A DNA stretch of 64,000 nucleotides from an uncultured Spirochaetota bacterium (GTDB lineage: Bacteria; Spirochaetota; Spirochaetia; SZUA-6; Fen-1364). Every line of letters begins with the position of its first letter. Positions within the stretch are counted from its first letter, which is position 1. The DNA lies in the NCBI GenBank assembly GCA_963734545.1, contig CAVTHO010000006.1, forward strand, positions 160,001 to 224,000, in the 5' to 3' direction. Of this stretch, positions 1 to 8,826 are shown piece after piece. The position numbers were made by a program, and so were the translations under genes. The notes below the pieces were generated by a model, which searched no databases, was not told where the DNA came from, and was given only the letters and a program-made list of their open reading frames with translations.

Positions 1-1
1 T

Positions 2-46
2 CGTGAAAAAGTGCGGGAATTCGTCGCCGAGGTGCGCGGCCGCTAG
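2..46 (+). CDS. 3' end of a gene entering from the left edge (…REKVREFVAEVRGR*); resembles a TrpF C-terminus but too short to call
   Basis: Open frame 2-46 ending in TAG, convergent with hgcB; only 14 codons visible. Confidence 0.3.
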   Translation, partial: REKVREFVAEVRGR

Positions 47-170
47 CAGTGTGCCGCAGTCCGGGCGAGCGGAGCACCGCAGCCTGGCCAGGGACGGCGA
101 GCTCGGCCGAGGCAGGGGGCTCTCGGCGCGCAAGCGCGCCTGCCGCCCTACGGAAGCCGAAAGGCCGAGC

Positions 171-494
171 CTAGCAGCAGCCTGCCTTCGAGCCCGTGGC
201 GGCGCCTTCTGTCTCCGCCCGCCCGCATGAGCAGGTAGGCTCAGTTCCCCGCAGCATCCCCTGGATCACCGCGGCGGCGCATCCCACGCCCGCCTTTACC
301 TTGATCGCACCTGCCGCGCAGTTTTTCATGCACGCACCGCACTCCATGCAGGAGAGCCGGTCCGCGATCGTCGCCTTGCCCCCCTCCATGTCGAATACCG
401 CGTGAGGGCATACTTCGATGCATTCCCTGCAGCCGGTGCACAACGCGCGGTCCAGGGAGAGAGTCTCTCCGTTCTTCAGGTATGTCATCCGCAC
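171..494 (-). CDS. hgcB: Mercury methylation ferredoxin HgcB
   Basis: Two CxxCxxCxxxC motifs (CTGCRECIEVC, CMECGACMKNC with the HgcB-typical CMECGAC), GVGCA motif, C-terminal CC; directly downstream of hgcA; AGGAGG SD 6 nt before GTG. Confidence 0.95.
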   Translation of the reverse strand: MRMTYLKNGETLSLDRALCTGCRECIEVCPHAVFDMEGGKATIADRLSCMECGACMKNCAAGAIKVKAGVGCAAAVIQGMLRGTEPTCSCGRAETEGAATGSKAGCC

Positions 495-504
495 AGCGCG
501 CCTC

Positions 505-1587
505 CTACAGCGGCAGGATCCGGGTCACCACGGTCAGCCCGAGACCGGCTGCCAGTGAAGAAATCATGGGAATGAGTCCCCTCTTCACCTCCAGGGCCGC
601 TCCCGGCTGCGATGTGAATGTGGAGGCGCCCGTAAAGTTCATGGAAAGGAACGCCACGATGGGCATTGCCACCAGCGTGAGCGCTACTGCCCCGGGGAGG
701 GACGTCCGCGCGGCTAGCGAGATCGCGATTCCCCAAAGCGCGCCGAGGAACGCGCCCTTGAGTGAGAAAGCCCGAAACGGAAGAAAGGGGAGGAGAGCGG
801 GGAAGAGGAGGGTCCCCACCCCGACCGCGCCAAGGAGCGGGAGACACGCGGCGAGCAGCCTCCCCCCGTAGCCGGCATCAAAAGGCAGGCCGAGCAGCGC
901 GGACGCTGCCACGATGCCAAGCAGAAGGGGCCATGAGTGGACCAGCTCGGTCGGCGCAATGGCCATCCGTTCGGTCAGAGGGAACAGGACCCTTCTCATC
1001 GCGTCGCTTTTTTTCAATCCGTTTGACAGGAATGGGCGGATGTCGCGGGCGCGCACCGGGCCGAACTTCACCTGCCAGCCGGTGTCCCGCTTCACCTCGT
1101 GTGCCGAGACCCCGGTCGCACCGAGCTGGGGGAGGATAAGCGTCCTGTGCGACACGACGTCCGGGAGCTTGACCGCCATTATCCGCTGCTCGAGCTCCCG
1201 TGTCCCGAATGTGCCCTTTCCCGCGGCGCACCACACGTTGACGCCCTTTGTGTCGAGCACGAGAATCCACGCATCGATGCCGTCGAGCTCCTTGCGAAGC
1301 TTGTCGAATGTGAGCTTGTAGTTGGCCGTGACCAGGACGGGAGACTCGCCTGTCGGCGATCCCACCGCGTACAGGCCGGGGAGAACGGCATAGCGGGACC
1401 TGCCGATGTCCCACCGCACCTTCCAGCCGCCCATGACGTCACGCCAGGTCAGCCGTGTCGAGACGACCGGCACTTTCCGATCACGGGAGGTCACAAAGCC
1501 GGTGACATATTGCCGGCGCTGCCGGGAAACGGCCTGCAGCGAAATGACCGGTGTCTTCCCGCATCCGCACGCAGAGGATTTTTCCAT
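505..1587 (-). CDS. hgcA: Mercury methylation corrinoid protein HgcA
   Basis: Cap-helix motif GVNVWCAAGKGTFG, PVLVTANYKLTFD, LILPQLGATGV, C-terminal multi-pass TM domain with NFTGASTFTS; followed by hgcB; GAGGAG SD. Confidence 0.96.
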   Translation of the reverse strand: MEKSSACGCGKTPVISLQAVSRQRRQYVTGFVTSRDRKVPVVSTRLTWRDVMGGWKVRWDIGRSRYAVLPGLYAVGSPTGESPVLVTANYKLTFDKLRKELDGIDAWILVLDTKGVNVWCAAGKGTFGTRELEQRIMAVKLPDVVSHRTLILPQLGATGVSAHEVKRDTGWQVKFGPVRARDIRPFLSNGLKKSDAMRRVLFPLTERMAIAPTELVHSWPLLLGIVAASALLGLPFDAGYGGRLLAACLPLLGAVGVGTLLFPALLPFLPFRAFSLKGAFLGALWGIAISLAARTSLPGAVALTLVAMPIVAFLSMNFTGASTFTSQPGAALEVKRGLIPMISSLAAGLGLTVVTRILPL

Positions 1588-1588
1588 T

Positions 1589-2080
1589 TCAACTCTCCTC
1601 TTGATTTCCTCCCCCGGAACAACAGGGGGATTCGGGATTCTTTCGCATCTGTCTCATCGCATCCGCGAGCACGGCCGCCGACTCCACCACCATCTGCCTC
1701 TTTTCGACCGGAATGAAGTCGAAAAGACGCGTGTAGGATGCGTCGCACAGCCGGTTGATCGAGGCGGCCTTTTCCTTCCCGATTTCCGTGAGGCTGATGA
1801 CCTGCTGGCGGCGGCTGGACGGGTCGGTCTCCCGGTTGAGGAGCCCCGCGCGGCACATGCCATCAACGGTGCGGCTCAGCGTGCTCTTGTCCAGCTCGAG
1901 GAGGGAGGCCAGCTCGGTGACGCTCGTATTGATGCGCTGTTCAGCCTCCAGCAGAAGATGGCATTGCGCGAGTGTCACGCCGCAATAGCCGGTCTCTGAC
2001 GCCATCGAGATCCCTACTTCCCTCTCGAGCACGCGCAGGTTCTTTCTGAACTCCCTGATCGAAAGCTGCGGTTCGACCAT
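1589..2080 (-). CDS. MarR-family transcriptional regulator, Cys-rich (6 Cys including C-terminal PCC), first gene of the hgcAB operon
   Basis: wHTH signature TSVTELASLLELDKSTLSRTVDGM…LLNRETDPSSRRQQVISLTEIG; stop 1 nt before the hgcA ATG. Confidence 0.9.
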   Translation of the reverse strand: MVEPQLSIREFRKNLRVLEREVGISMASETGYCGVTLAQCHLLLEAEQRINTSVTELASLLELDKSTLSRTVDGMCRAGLLNRETDPSSRRQQVISLTEIGKEKAASINRLCDASYTRLFDFIPVEKRQMVVESAAVLADAMRQMRKNPESPCCSGGGNQEES

Positions 2081-2096
2081 ATACCTCTCCCGATTG

Positions 2097-2156
2097 ATGT
2101 CGAATACAATAAATGTAAATTACAACAATTGTATACTACAACAAATGGAGTGTCAA
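2097..2156 (-). promoter_or_regulatory. sigma70 promoter of marR-hgcA-hgcB with three tandem inverted-repeat operator candidates
   Basis: Minus strand TTGACA (2156-2151), 17 bp, TACAAT (2133-2128); WTGTM-N3-TACAA units at 2097-2109, 2113-2125, 2129-2141. Confidence 0.8.
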
Positions 2157-2171
2157 GCTATTCCTGACGAT

Positions 2172-3482
2172 TCATGGACAGCGGATGAATCCCTGGGCCC
2201 AGAGACACCCGCCGCATGCAGGAAGACCGTTTCCGAAGCAATCCGAGCGGTTGCTTTCAGCCTCCTCGCAGCTGTTGCAGATGGTGCAAGGCGCATAATC
2301 GAAGTCGAGGAGCCGCTCGCGAAGCGCGATGTAAGCTGGATCGTTCCAGATCCCGAGCAGATCGCGATCCTTCACGCGGCCGACGAAGAAAGCCTCGTTG
2401 GCTCTCTCTCTGTCCTGGAGGTAACTCGTGTGTGCGTGAAGGAGCGGCAGACAAGGACTCACGGCGCCATCCCAGCGGATCGCCATGCTCCCTCTCTCTA
2501 CAAACGGGCACGTGCAGCTCCCCTGCACGAGTCGCTGACCCGCAACACTTACGCTGAAGGGGCCTTTCAGGACCTGGGCCAGCGGGGCCTCCGTGGCCGG
2601 GTTCAGCTCCATCCGGGGGAGCTCCACTATCGGCGTCCGCTCGGAGGGAGGAAGGTCGGGCTCGTGGAAGGATCGTCGATAGAGGGCCAGCTCTTTCATC
2701 TCGAGGGTGTGGGGCACGACATTGCTGACGCTGAACCTGTCTGCCGTCAGCCGCAGTCCGAGGCGAAGCACTCCCGGCAGCGATGAAATGGTGTCGCGGG
2801 TGGCCACAAACGAGATGCCAATCCTCGGGGTACGGGGTACTCCCCGAACGGGTATTCCCGTACCGCGGCGCCCAATCCGCGGGCTTTCCGAGAGAGATCG
2901 CTCGCGCAACGCGTTCAGGCGCTGCACGTTGTCGACAACCGTTTCCAGCGTGCCGCCTTTGCGTGCCGCGGCAAACTGTGAATCCTCCGCGCTGTCGAGG
3001 GAGATCCAGAGACGGTCGAGACCGACAGAGACCATGCTGTCCGCCGTGCGCTCGTCGAGGAGCGTTCCGTTGGTGATGAGCTCCACCACCATGCCGCGGC
3101 GCTTCGCATCGCCAACCATGTCCATGATCTCGGGGTGCAGGAGTGGTTCCCCAAAGCCGCCCAGGAAGAGGGAGGGCAGGGGATCGAGAATGCAGAGCGC
3201 CGAGAGTATCTTTTCCCAGGTGCCGCGATCCATGCGGCCTGCCGGCTCGCCCCACGTGCTGTGGACGCACGCCGGGCACCTGAGATTGCATTCGCTCGTT
3301 GGTTCCAGGTATACCCGCGCAAGGGTATTGACGGACCGCCCGATCTGCAGGCCGGCTTCATCCTCGGTGATGCGAACCCGGGAGCCCGGACGGATACCGG
3401 CCCGCTGTGCGACCTGCGGGGGAAGAACGAGCCGTCCCTCCCCATCCACCTCGGCTGTTACGAATGAGGCTCCCATGTGCAT
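2172..3482 (-). CDS. Radical SAM/SPASM protein with N-terminal AbrB-like domain; tungsten-cofactor oxidoreductase maturase type
   Basis: CNLRCPAC motif; SPASM-like CPF…SPC; C-terminal CTICNSC…DCFGNGLPACGGCLWAQGFIRCP; same operon as AOR and MoaD. Confidence 0.8.
   Translation of the reverse strand: MHMGASFVTAEVDGEGRLVLPPQVAQRAGIRPGSRVRITEDEAGLQIGRSVNTLARVYLEPTSECNLRCPACVHSTWGEPAGRMDRGTWEKILSALCILDPLPSLFLGGFGEPLLHPEIMDMVGDAKRRGMVVELITNGTLLDERTADSMVSVGLDRLWISLDSAEDSQFAAARKGGTLETVVDNVQRLNALRERSLSESPRIGRRGTGIPVRGVPRTPRIGISFVATRDTISSLPGVLRLGLRLTADRFSVSNVVPHTLEMKELALYRRSFHEPDLPPSERTPIVELPRMELNPATEAPLAQVLKGPFSVSVAGQRLVQGSCTCPFVERGSMAIRWDGAVSPCLPLLHAHTSYLQDRERANEAFFVGRVKDRDLLGIWNDPAYIALRERLLDFDYAPCTICNSCEEAESNRSDCFGNGLPACGGCLWAQGFIRCP
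2818..2882 (-). repeat. Palindromic repeat element copy A, inserted in frame inside the radical SAM gene
   Basis: Core GTACGGGAATACCCGTTCGGGGAGTACCCCGTAC (2863-2830) flanked by CCGCGGATTGG / CCGAGGATTGG; protein reads PRIG-RRGTGIPVRGVPRT-PRIG. Confidence 0.8.
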
Positions 3483-3486
3483 ATCT

Positions 3487-3609
3487 GCGCCGCGGCATTC
3501 CGCGGATTTGGCGCCGCGGTATTCCGCGGATTATGGCGCCGCGGTATTCCGCGGATTATGGCGCCGCGGTATTCCGCGGATTATGGCGCCGCGGTATTCC
3601 GCGGATTGT
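3487..3609. repeat. Tandem array of five 24-25 bp GC-rich palindromic units (GCGCCGCGGTATTCCGCGGATTATG)
   Basis: Units at 3487-3510, 3511-3535, 3536-3560, 3561-3585, 3586-3609; no spacers; the DeoR stop codon lies inside unit 4. Confidence 0.95.
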
Positions 3610-4387
3610 CCGCGGCGATCACCTCGATGCCCGTGTCCTCGAGAGTCTTGCGGTCCGACTCGGAAATGTGGTCGGTGATGATGGTGTCCACGTCATCCGG
3701 TGAGGCAAACTGGGCAAAGGAGTTTCGCCCCAGCTTGGTGGCGTCGAAGAGCAGCACCACCTTTGCCGCAATGGACATCATGAGCTTCTTTGTTTCCGCG
3801 TGGCCGATGTCAGGGGTACTGGCTCCTTTTTCCAGGGAGAAGCTGTTCAGACCCATGAAGGCCTTGTCCACGGTGAGGCCGGCCAGCATATCCCTGCTGG
3901 ACAGATCGTTGAAGACCGTGCAATGAAAACGCTTCCTGACGATCCCGCCGAGGAAGACGATCTTGACCGAATCCAGATCCTCCAGGAGCGAGGCAATTGC
4001 CAGGTCATTCGTGACTACCGTGATGTCCTGTCTCCTGTCGAGGAGCCGGGCGAGCTGCAGGATCGTGGAGCCGGTATCCAGAACGATCATGTCGCCGTCC
4101 TCGATCAGGGCAAGGGCCGCCTCCGCGATGGCGCGCTTGGCGGCAAGGTTCTGGACGCCGCGCGCCACCATGTCCTGCTCGTGACCCGTCTTGCTCTTGA
4201 TCATTGCCCCGCCGTGCGTGCGCACGAGGAGGCCGGTGGCCTCCAGGTCCCGAAGGTCGTTCCTGATCGTGGCGCTGGACACGCGGAAAAGATCGCACAG
4301 CTCCACGACGGTGGCTTTGCGATGCGCGGCGATGTGCTCGAGGATTTTCTGCTTGCGCTCTTCGACGAACAAAACGCCGTTTGTCAT
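3581..4387 (-). CDS. DeoR/GlpR-family transcriptional regulator
   Basis: ERKQKIL…VSSATIRNDLRDLE…RTHGGA HTH; LDTGST, TVVTND sensor domain; start placed at MTNGVLF (4387). Confidence 0.92.
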   Translation of the reverse strand: MTNGVLFVEERKQKILEHIAAHRKATVVELCDLFRVSSATIRNDLRDLEATGLLVRTHGGAMIKSKTGHEQDMVARGVQNLAAKRAIAEAALALIEDGDMIVLDTGSTILQLARLLDRRQDITVVTNDLAIASLLEDLDSVKIVFLGGIVRKRFHCTVFNDLSSRDMLAGLTVDKAFMGLNSFSLEKGASTPDIGHAETKKLMMSIAAKVVLLFDATKLGRNSFAQFASPDDVDTIITDHISESDRKTLEDTGIEVIAADNPRNTAAP

Positions 4388-4398
4388 TCGCGGCGGCT

Positions 4399-5058
4399 CT
4401 ATGCCTGAGCCCCCCGGGCCTTGCGCACGATCTCTACTGCTGTCCGACAGTTCGCTCTGATCTGGTCCCATTTCTTCTCCGCGATCGCCTCCCGGGATGC
4501 GATCCAGGTCCCTCCCACGCACGCCACGGCATCAGAGGCAAGATAGTCGGGGAGATTCGCCGCGGTGACGCCGCCGGTCGGCATGAACCGCATCCCCGTA
4601 TGCGCGTACGGAGCGGAAAGGGCCTTGATGACCTTCAGGCCGCCAAAGGCTTCCGCCGGGAAGTATTTCACGAGCTTCACCCCGGAGGCAAGTGCCTGCT
4701 CGATCTCGGAAGGGGTGATGACGCCCGGCACGAACGGGAAGCCGAGCCGCATGGCTTCCGCAAGGACATCCGGGTTCAGCCCGGGCGCCACGCCGAAGCG
4801 CGCGCCCGCGTCCTGTGCCTTGCGGAGGTTCTCCGCCGTCAGCACGGTACCCGCGCCCAGGATGAGCGCAGGCCGCTCCCGCGCGATCTTCGTGATGACC
4901 GCTGCCGCGGCCGCTGTACGGAAGGTGATCTCCGCAACGGGCAGCCCGCCTTCGATCAGCGCGTCTGCCAGCGGCAGAGCCGCGTCCACCGAGTCGATCG
5001 CGATCACGGGCACGACCACGTACTTCGCAAGCGCGCCGAAGATCTCATCACCCATCAT
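4399..5058 (-). CDS. eda: KDPG/KHG aldolase
   Basis: AEITFRT, GAGTVL, PGVITPSEI, VKYFPAE, FMPTGGV motifs. Confidence 0.93.
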   Translation of the reverse strand: MMGDEIFGALAKYVVVPVIAIDSVDAALPLADALIEGGLPVAEITFRTAAAAAVITKIARERPALILGAGTVLTAENLRKAQDAGARFGVAPGLNPDVLAEAMRLGFPFVPGVITPSEIEQALASGVKLVKYFPAEAFGGLKVIKALSAPYAHTGMRFMPTGGVTAANLPDYLASDAVACVGGTWIASREAIAEKKWDQIRANCRTAVEIVRKARGAQA

Positions 5059-5082
5059 TGCTTCACCTCCCGATGCAAGAGC

Positions 5083-5340
5083 TCATCCTCCTGAAAGCAG
5101 GGGAAAAAGGGCGATCTCGTCGCCGTCATGCAGCTCGGCGGCCAGCCCCTGCGGCACCTGGTTCCACCCGTAGCCGTTCAACGTGCTCATGAGCGAGGGA
5201 TCGGGCACGACGATGCCGTAGGTGAGCTTCAGCCAGCTCGCCACGGCGGCCAGCGTGCTCCCCGCGGGCAGGCGCAGATCGTCCGCGCGCGTGCCGGTCT
5301 TCTCGCGCACCGCGGAGAGGTAGCGGACCCGGACAGTCAC
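5083..5340 (-). CDS. moaD: MoaD/ThiS-family sulfur carrier
   Basis: 85 aa ubiquitin-like protein ending DGDEIALFPLLSGG; adjacent to AOR. Confidence 0.88.
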   Translation of the reverse strand: MTVRVRYLSAVREKTGTRADDLRLPAGSTLAAVASWLKLTYGIVVPDPSLMSTLNGYGWNQVPQGLAAELHDGDEIALFPLLSGG

Positions 5341-5358
5341 CTCCGCGGCCGCGCCGCC

Positions 5359-5411
5359 GTACGGGTACTCCCCGAACGGGTACTCCCGTACCGGCGGATT
5401 TTGCGCCGCCG
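5359..5411 (-). repeat. Palindromic repeat element copy B, between aor and moaD
   Basis: Core GTACGGGAGTACCCGTTCGGGGAGTACCCGTAC (5391-5359) next to a CGGCGGATTTTGCGCCGCCG unit (5392-5411). Confidence 0.8.
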
Positions 5412-5412
5412 T

Positions 5413-7239
5413 TCATGCCAGCAGCTCCTTCAGTCCCCATTTCTCCTTTGTGTCCTCCGTGACCACGCCGTCGGAGTCCCAGCCGCGAAGGGCATAGTAC
5501 TCGTCCAGCATCACGTCGTACATCTCCTCGGTGAGGATCCTGCCCTTGGTCGGGCCGCTCGGGAGGGCCTCCTTCGTGATCCGCTCGGGCAGAAGATCGT
5601 CCTTGCGCCGGATGCCTTCCCGGTTGAGGATGACGCGCTCCATGCTGTAGATCCTCTGCGCGATCTCCATGAGCCGCGGGGTGAACGGGTAGCCCGTCAC
5701 CGCTTCCAGCACCTCGCCCGTGGGAGTCTCGGAGAACCCGAAGGCCCCGCGCACCACCGTGCACATGCCGATGCTGTCCACGTAGGCGCGGCTGTCCTGG
5801 GCGCTCTTCACCAGCGCGCCCTTGCCCTCGAGCGCGTACCGGTCGTACTTGCCGCTCTGCAGCTCCGCGCGGATGGTCCATCCGCCCACGTTGTGGCAGG
5901 CCCCGCGATTGGAGGTGCCGTTGGTGAGACCGTTGCCGGTGAAACCCCGCGGATCGTAGGCGGCGAACGGCATGCCCTTCACGTCGAGGATGAAGCGCTT
6001 CCATTCCGGCTTCGCGCGCTTCACCCCGTACATGCCCTCGGCCAGGAGGTCTCCGATGCCGCTGCGCGCCGCGATGAGCTCGATGATCCCGAGGAGAGCG
6101 TCGGGGTTTCCGAACCGCGCATCGATGCCCATCGTGTCCTTCTTCGTGATCAGGCCCTTCTCGTAGAGCTCCATGGTGAGCGCCACCGCGTTGCCCGCGG
6201 ACATGGTGTCCAGCCCCAGCTCGTCGCAGAGCTGGTTGGCCTTCACGATGGCGGCGAAATCCGAGATGCCGCAGTTGGGACCGAGGAGGCCCACCGTCTC
6301 GAACTCGGTGCGCGCCCGCGCGCCGGCGTAGGGACCCTCCTTCACCACGCACATCTTGCCGCACGCCACGGTGCACCGGTAGCAGGCGTAGTTCTTCTGC
6401 AAGTAGTGCTCCACCATCGCGTGGGCGTCGATCTTGTCGCACTCCTCGAAGAAGCGCGGTCTGGAAGTTGCGGGTGGGCATGCAGCCGAGGGTGTTGAGC
6501 GGCTCGATGTACTGCGGCGTGCCGAACTTGGTGTGATTGGCCCGCGAGGTCTTCAGGTCGGCCACCGCCGCCTTCCGGATGTCCGCCACTTTGTCCGGGT
6601 CCGCCAGGGTGATGTCTCCCGTGCCCTTCACGATGATGCCCTTGAGGTTCTTCGAGCCCATGACCGCGCCGGGTCCGCCGCGGCCGAATGCGCGCTCGTC
6701 CACGTTGATGTAGGAGATGCGCACAAGGCGCTCTCCCGCGGGGCCGATGGCCATCGCGCCCGGCCTTGGTCTCCGCCGAAGGCCTTCCGCATCTCCTCGA
6801 GGGTCTTCCCCGAGGCGAATCCCTTCCAGGGCCGCGCGTCGTGGAACTCCAGCGTCCCGTCCTTGAGGGAGAGCCAGGTCAGCTCCGTCGCCTTGCCTTC
6901 CACGATCAGCCCGTCGAAGCCGGCCTGCTTCAGCTGCGGTCCGAAGTCCCCGCCGCAGTTCGAGCAGAGGTACATCCGGGTCTCGGGTGACTTGGTGGCG
7001 AGCTGGAACTTCGTCGTGGACACCAGCGGCGTGCCGGTGAGGGGGCCGGTCATGAAGAAGATCTTGTTCTCCGCCGCCAGCGCGTCCACGCCGGGGCCGA
7101 TCTCGTCGTAGTAGTACTTGGCCGCGATGCCGCGGCCGCCCAGGAGCAGCCTGACCTCGTTTTCCTTGAGCGGCTCCACCGACGTCGTGCGCGTGGTCAG
7201 GTTCACGCGCATCACCTTGCCGCAATATCCCTTCAGCAT
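5413..7239 (-). CDS. aor: Tungsten-dependent aldehyde:ferredoxin oxidoreductase (AOR family); frameshifts near 6770 and 6450
   Basis: MLKGYCGKVMRVNLT, GGRGIA, ATKSPET, GRGGPGAVMGSKNLKGI, CYRCTVACG, EFET, CDELGLDTMSAG, YDPRG, NRGACH, YYALRGWD distributed over three frames. Confidence 0.9.
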
Positions 7240-7283
7240 GCCTTGTCCTCTCTCGTGGGGCCGCCTTGCCCCTTCTCCCGTGA

Positions 7284-8224
7284 TTATGTCCGTGCCGCAA
7301 GCGCGGCGAGCAGATTGTCCACCGCCGCGCGGGTTGCCCTGGAAACGCTTTCCGCCGTGTAGGCCCCGATGTGCGGCGTGCTGATGACGCGCTCGTGCGC
7401 AAGGAGCGGGCTCGGCATCCGGCGGCTCCTTGTCGTAGGCGTCCACCGCGTAGCCCGCCAGCCTTCCGTCCTCGAGCGGCTTCGAGCGACGCGCCGCGTC
7501 GTCCACCAGCCCCGCGCGCGCCGTGTTGATCAGGCCGCGCGCCCTTCTTCATGAGGGCGAGCGCCGCCGCGTCGATGAGCGGCTTTTCCCCGGGTGCGTG
7601 CGGGCAGTGCAGGGTCACGATGTCGGAGGCGGCCAGCAGATCGCCCGCGCCGGCGTAGCGGAAGCCCGGGGAGGGCGCATAATCGACATCCGGGATACGC
7701 GTCGTAGCCCGATGACCTTCATGTCCATGGCCAGGCGCGAAGCGCGTCACGAGCCTGCCGATCCTGCCCGTGCCGATCACGCCGAGGGTCCTGCCCTCCA
7801 GCTCGGCGCCCTGCTGCCGCTCCCAGCCCCCTGCCTTCATTCGCGCGTCGCTCCAGGGGATGGAGCGCAGGAGGGACAGCATGAGCGCGAGCGTGAGCTC
7901 CGCCACCCCGCGCGCGTTGGCGCCTTCGGCGCGGAGCACCAGGATCCCGCGCCGCTCGCAGGCGGCCAGGTCGATCGAATCCACGCCCGTGCCATTCCGG
8001 CTGATGGCCTTCAGGTCCGTGGCCCTTGCCAGCACCGCGTCCGTTATCTTCTCCACGCCTGCCAGCCACCCGACGCAGCCGGGCAGCAGGCGGATCAGCT
8101 CCTCCTCGTCGGGGGACTTGCCCGGCGTGCAGAACACGACCTCGTAGCCCGCATTCCGCAGGAGGTCGAGCGCCGGGTCCCCCTCTTTCGTGAGGGAGCG
8201 CGGCGTGACGAGGATCTTCGCCAT
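7284..8224 (-). CDS. D-isomer-specific 2-hydroxyacid dehydrogenase (phosphoglycerate-dehydrogenase-like); frameshifted
   Basis: ISRNGTGVDSID, GANARGVAE, LGVIGTGRIG, DIVTLHCP, TPHIGAYT motifs. Confidence 0.85.
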
Positions 8225-8229
8225 CGGAC

Positions 8230-8826
8230 TCACGCCCCTTTCGAGCTGACGATCTCTACCTTGCCCGCGCGCTTGAACACGCGCACGGGAAAGCCTTCCT
8301 TTTCGATGTCGCCGTAGTTGTGGCCCGCCTCCCCCGGGTAGACGCAGAAGCGAGATCAGGGGCTCGTCGCCCGGTGTTCACCGTGCGATGGGCCCAGAGC
8401 GGGGGGACGTAGCACCATGCGCCCGGGCAGGAACCGCTCTACGCGCTTTCCCCCGTGGCGAGCTTCATCAGCATGTAGCCCTTCGCCGCGCAGGCACAGG
8501 TAGATCTCCGCGGTTCCCGCCACCTGGTGGTAGTGGCCCTTTGTCATGAAGCATTCCCCGCCGACGGTGCCGGGGTAGGTCTTGCTGAGGCAGAACTGCA
8601 GCTGCCCGGTCTCCTCGGGGATCTTCATCTCGAAGACCTCGTAGTGCACCGGGTCTCCCTGGGCCACGAGCGCCTCCAGCGCCTTCGCGTCCTTGTAGTG
8701 GCCCCGCATGCTCGACGCGAGCCGGACGTGTGGACCTGCGGGATTCTTCATGATCCCGTGCACGAGGTCGAAATCCACGCCGAACGGCATGACCAGCCTG
8801 TTGAGCGTGTCGGTGTTTTCTTTCAT
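8230..8826 (-). CDS. Cupin-type (archaeal-like) glucose-6-phosphate isomerase family protein; frameshifted in 3' half
   Basis: YPGTVGGECFMTKGHYH…AEIYLCLRGEG…AHRTVNTG…YPGEAGHNYGDIEKEGF. Confidence 0.85.

Noticed and set aside
171-494. Generic ferredoxin partner of the AOR
   Set aside because: CMECGAC, GVGCA and terminal CC, plus position after hgcA, identify HgcB
505-1587. CO dehydrogenase/acetyl-CoA synthase corrinoid subunit (CdhE/AcsC)
   Set aside because: Has the Cys cap helix, C-terminal TM domain and adjacent hgcB, which define HgcA; no Wood-Ljungdahl genes nearby
3330-3482. AbrB/MazE antitoxin of a toxin-antitoxin pair
   Set aside because: It is the in-frame N-terminal domain of the radical SAM protein, and no toxin gene is adjacent
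3487-3609. Possible CRISPR array
   Set aside because: Units are head-to-tail with no unique spacers, and there are no cas genes or leader
5126-8233. 1035-aa ORF as a giant dehydrogenase-AOR fusion
   Set aside because: Chimera of correct-frame fragments joined by Arg/Gly-rich off-frame sequence caused by indels
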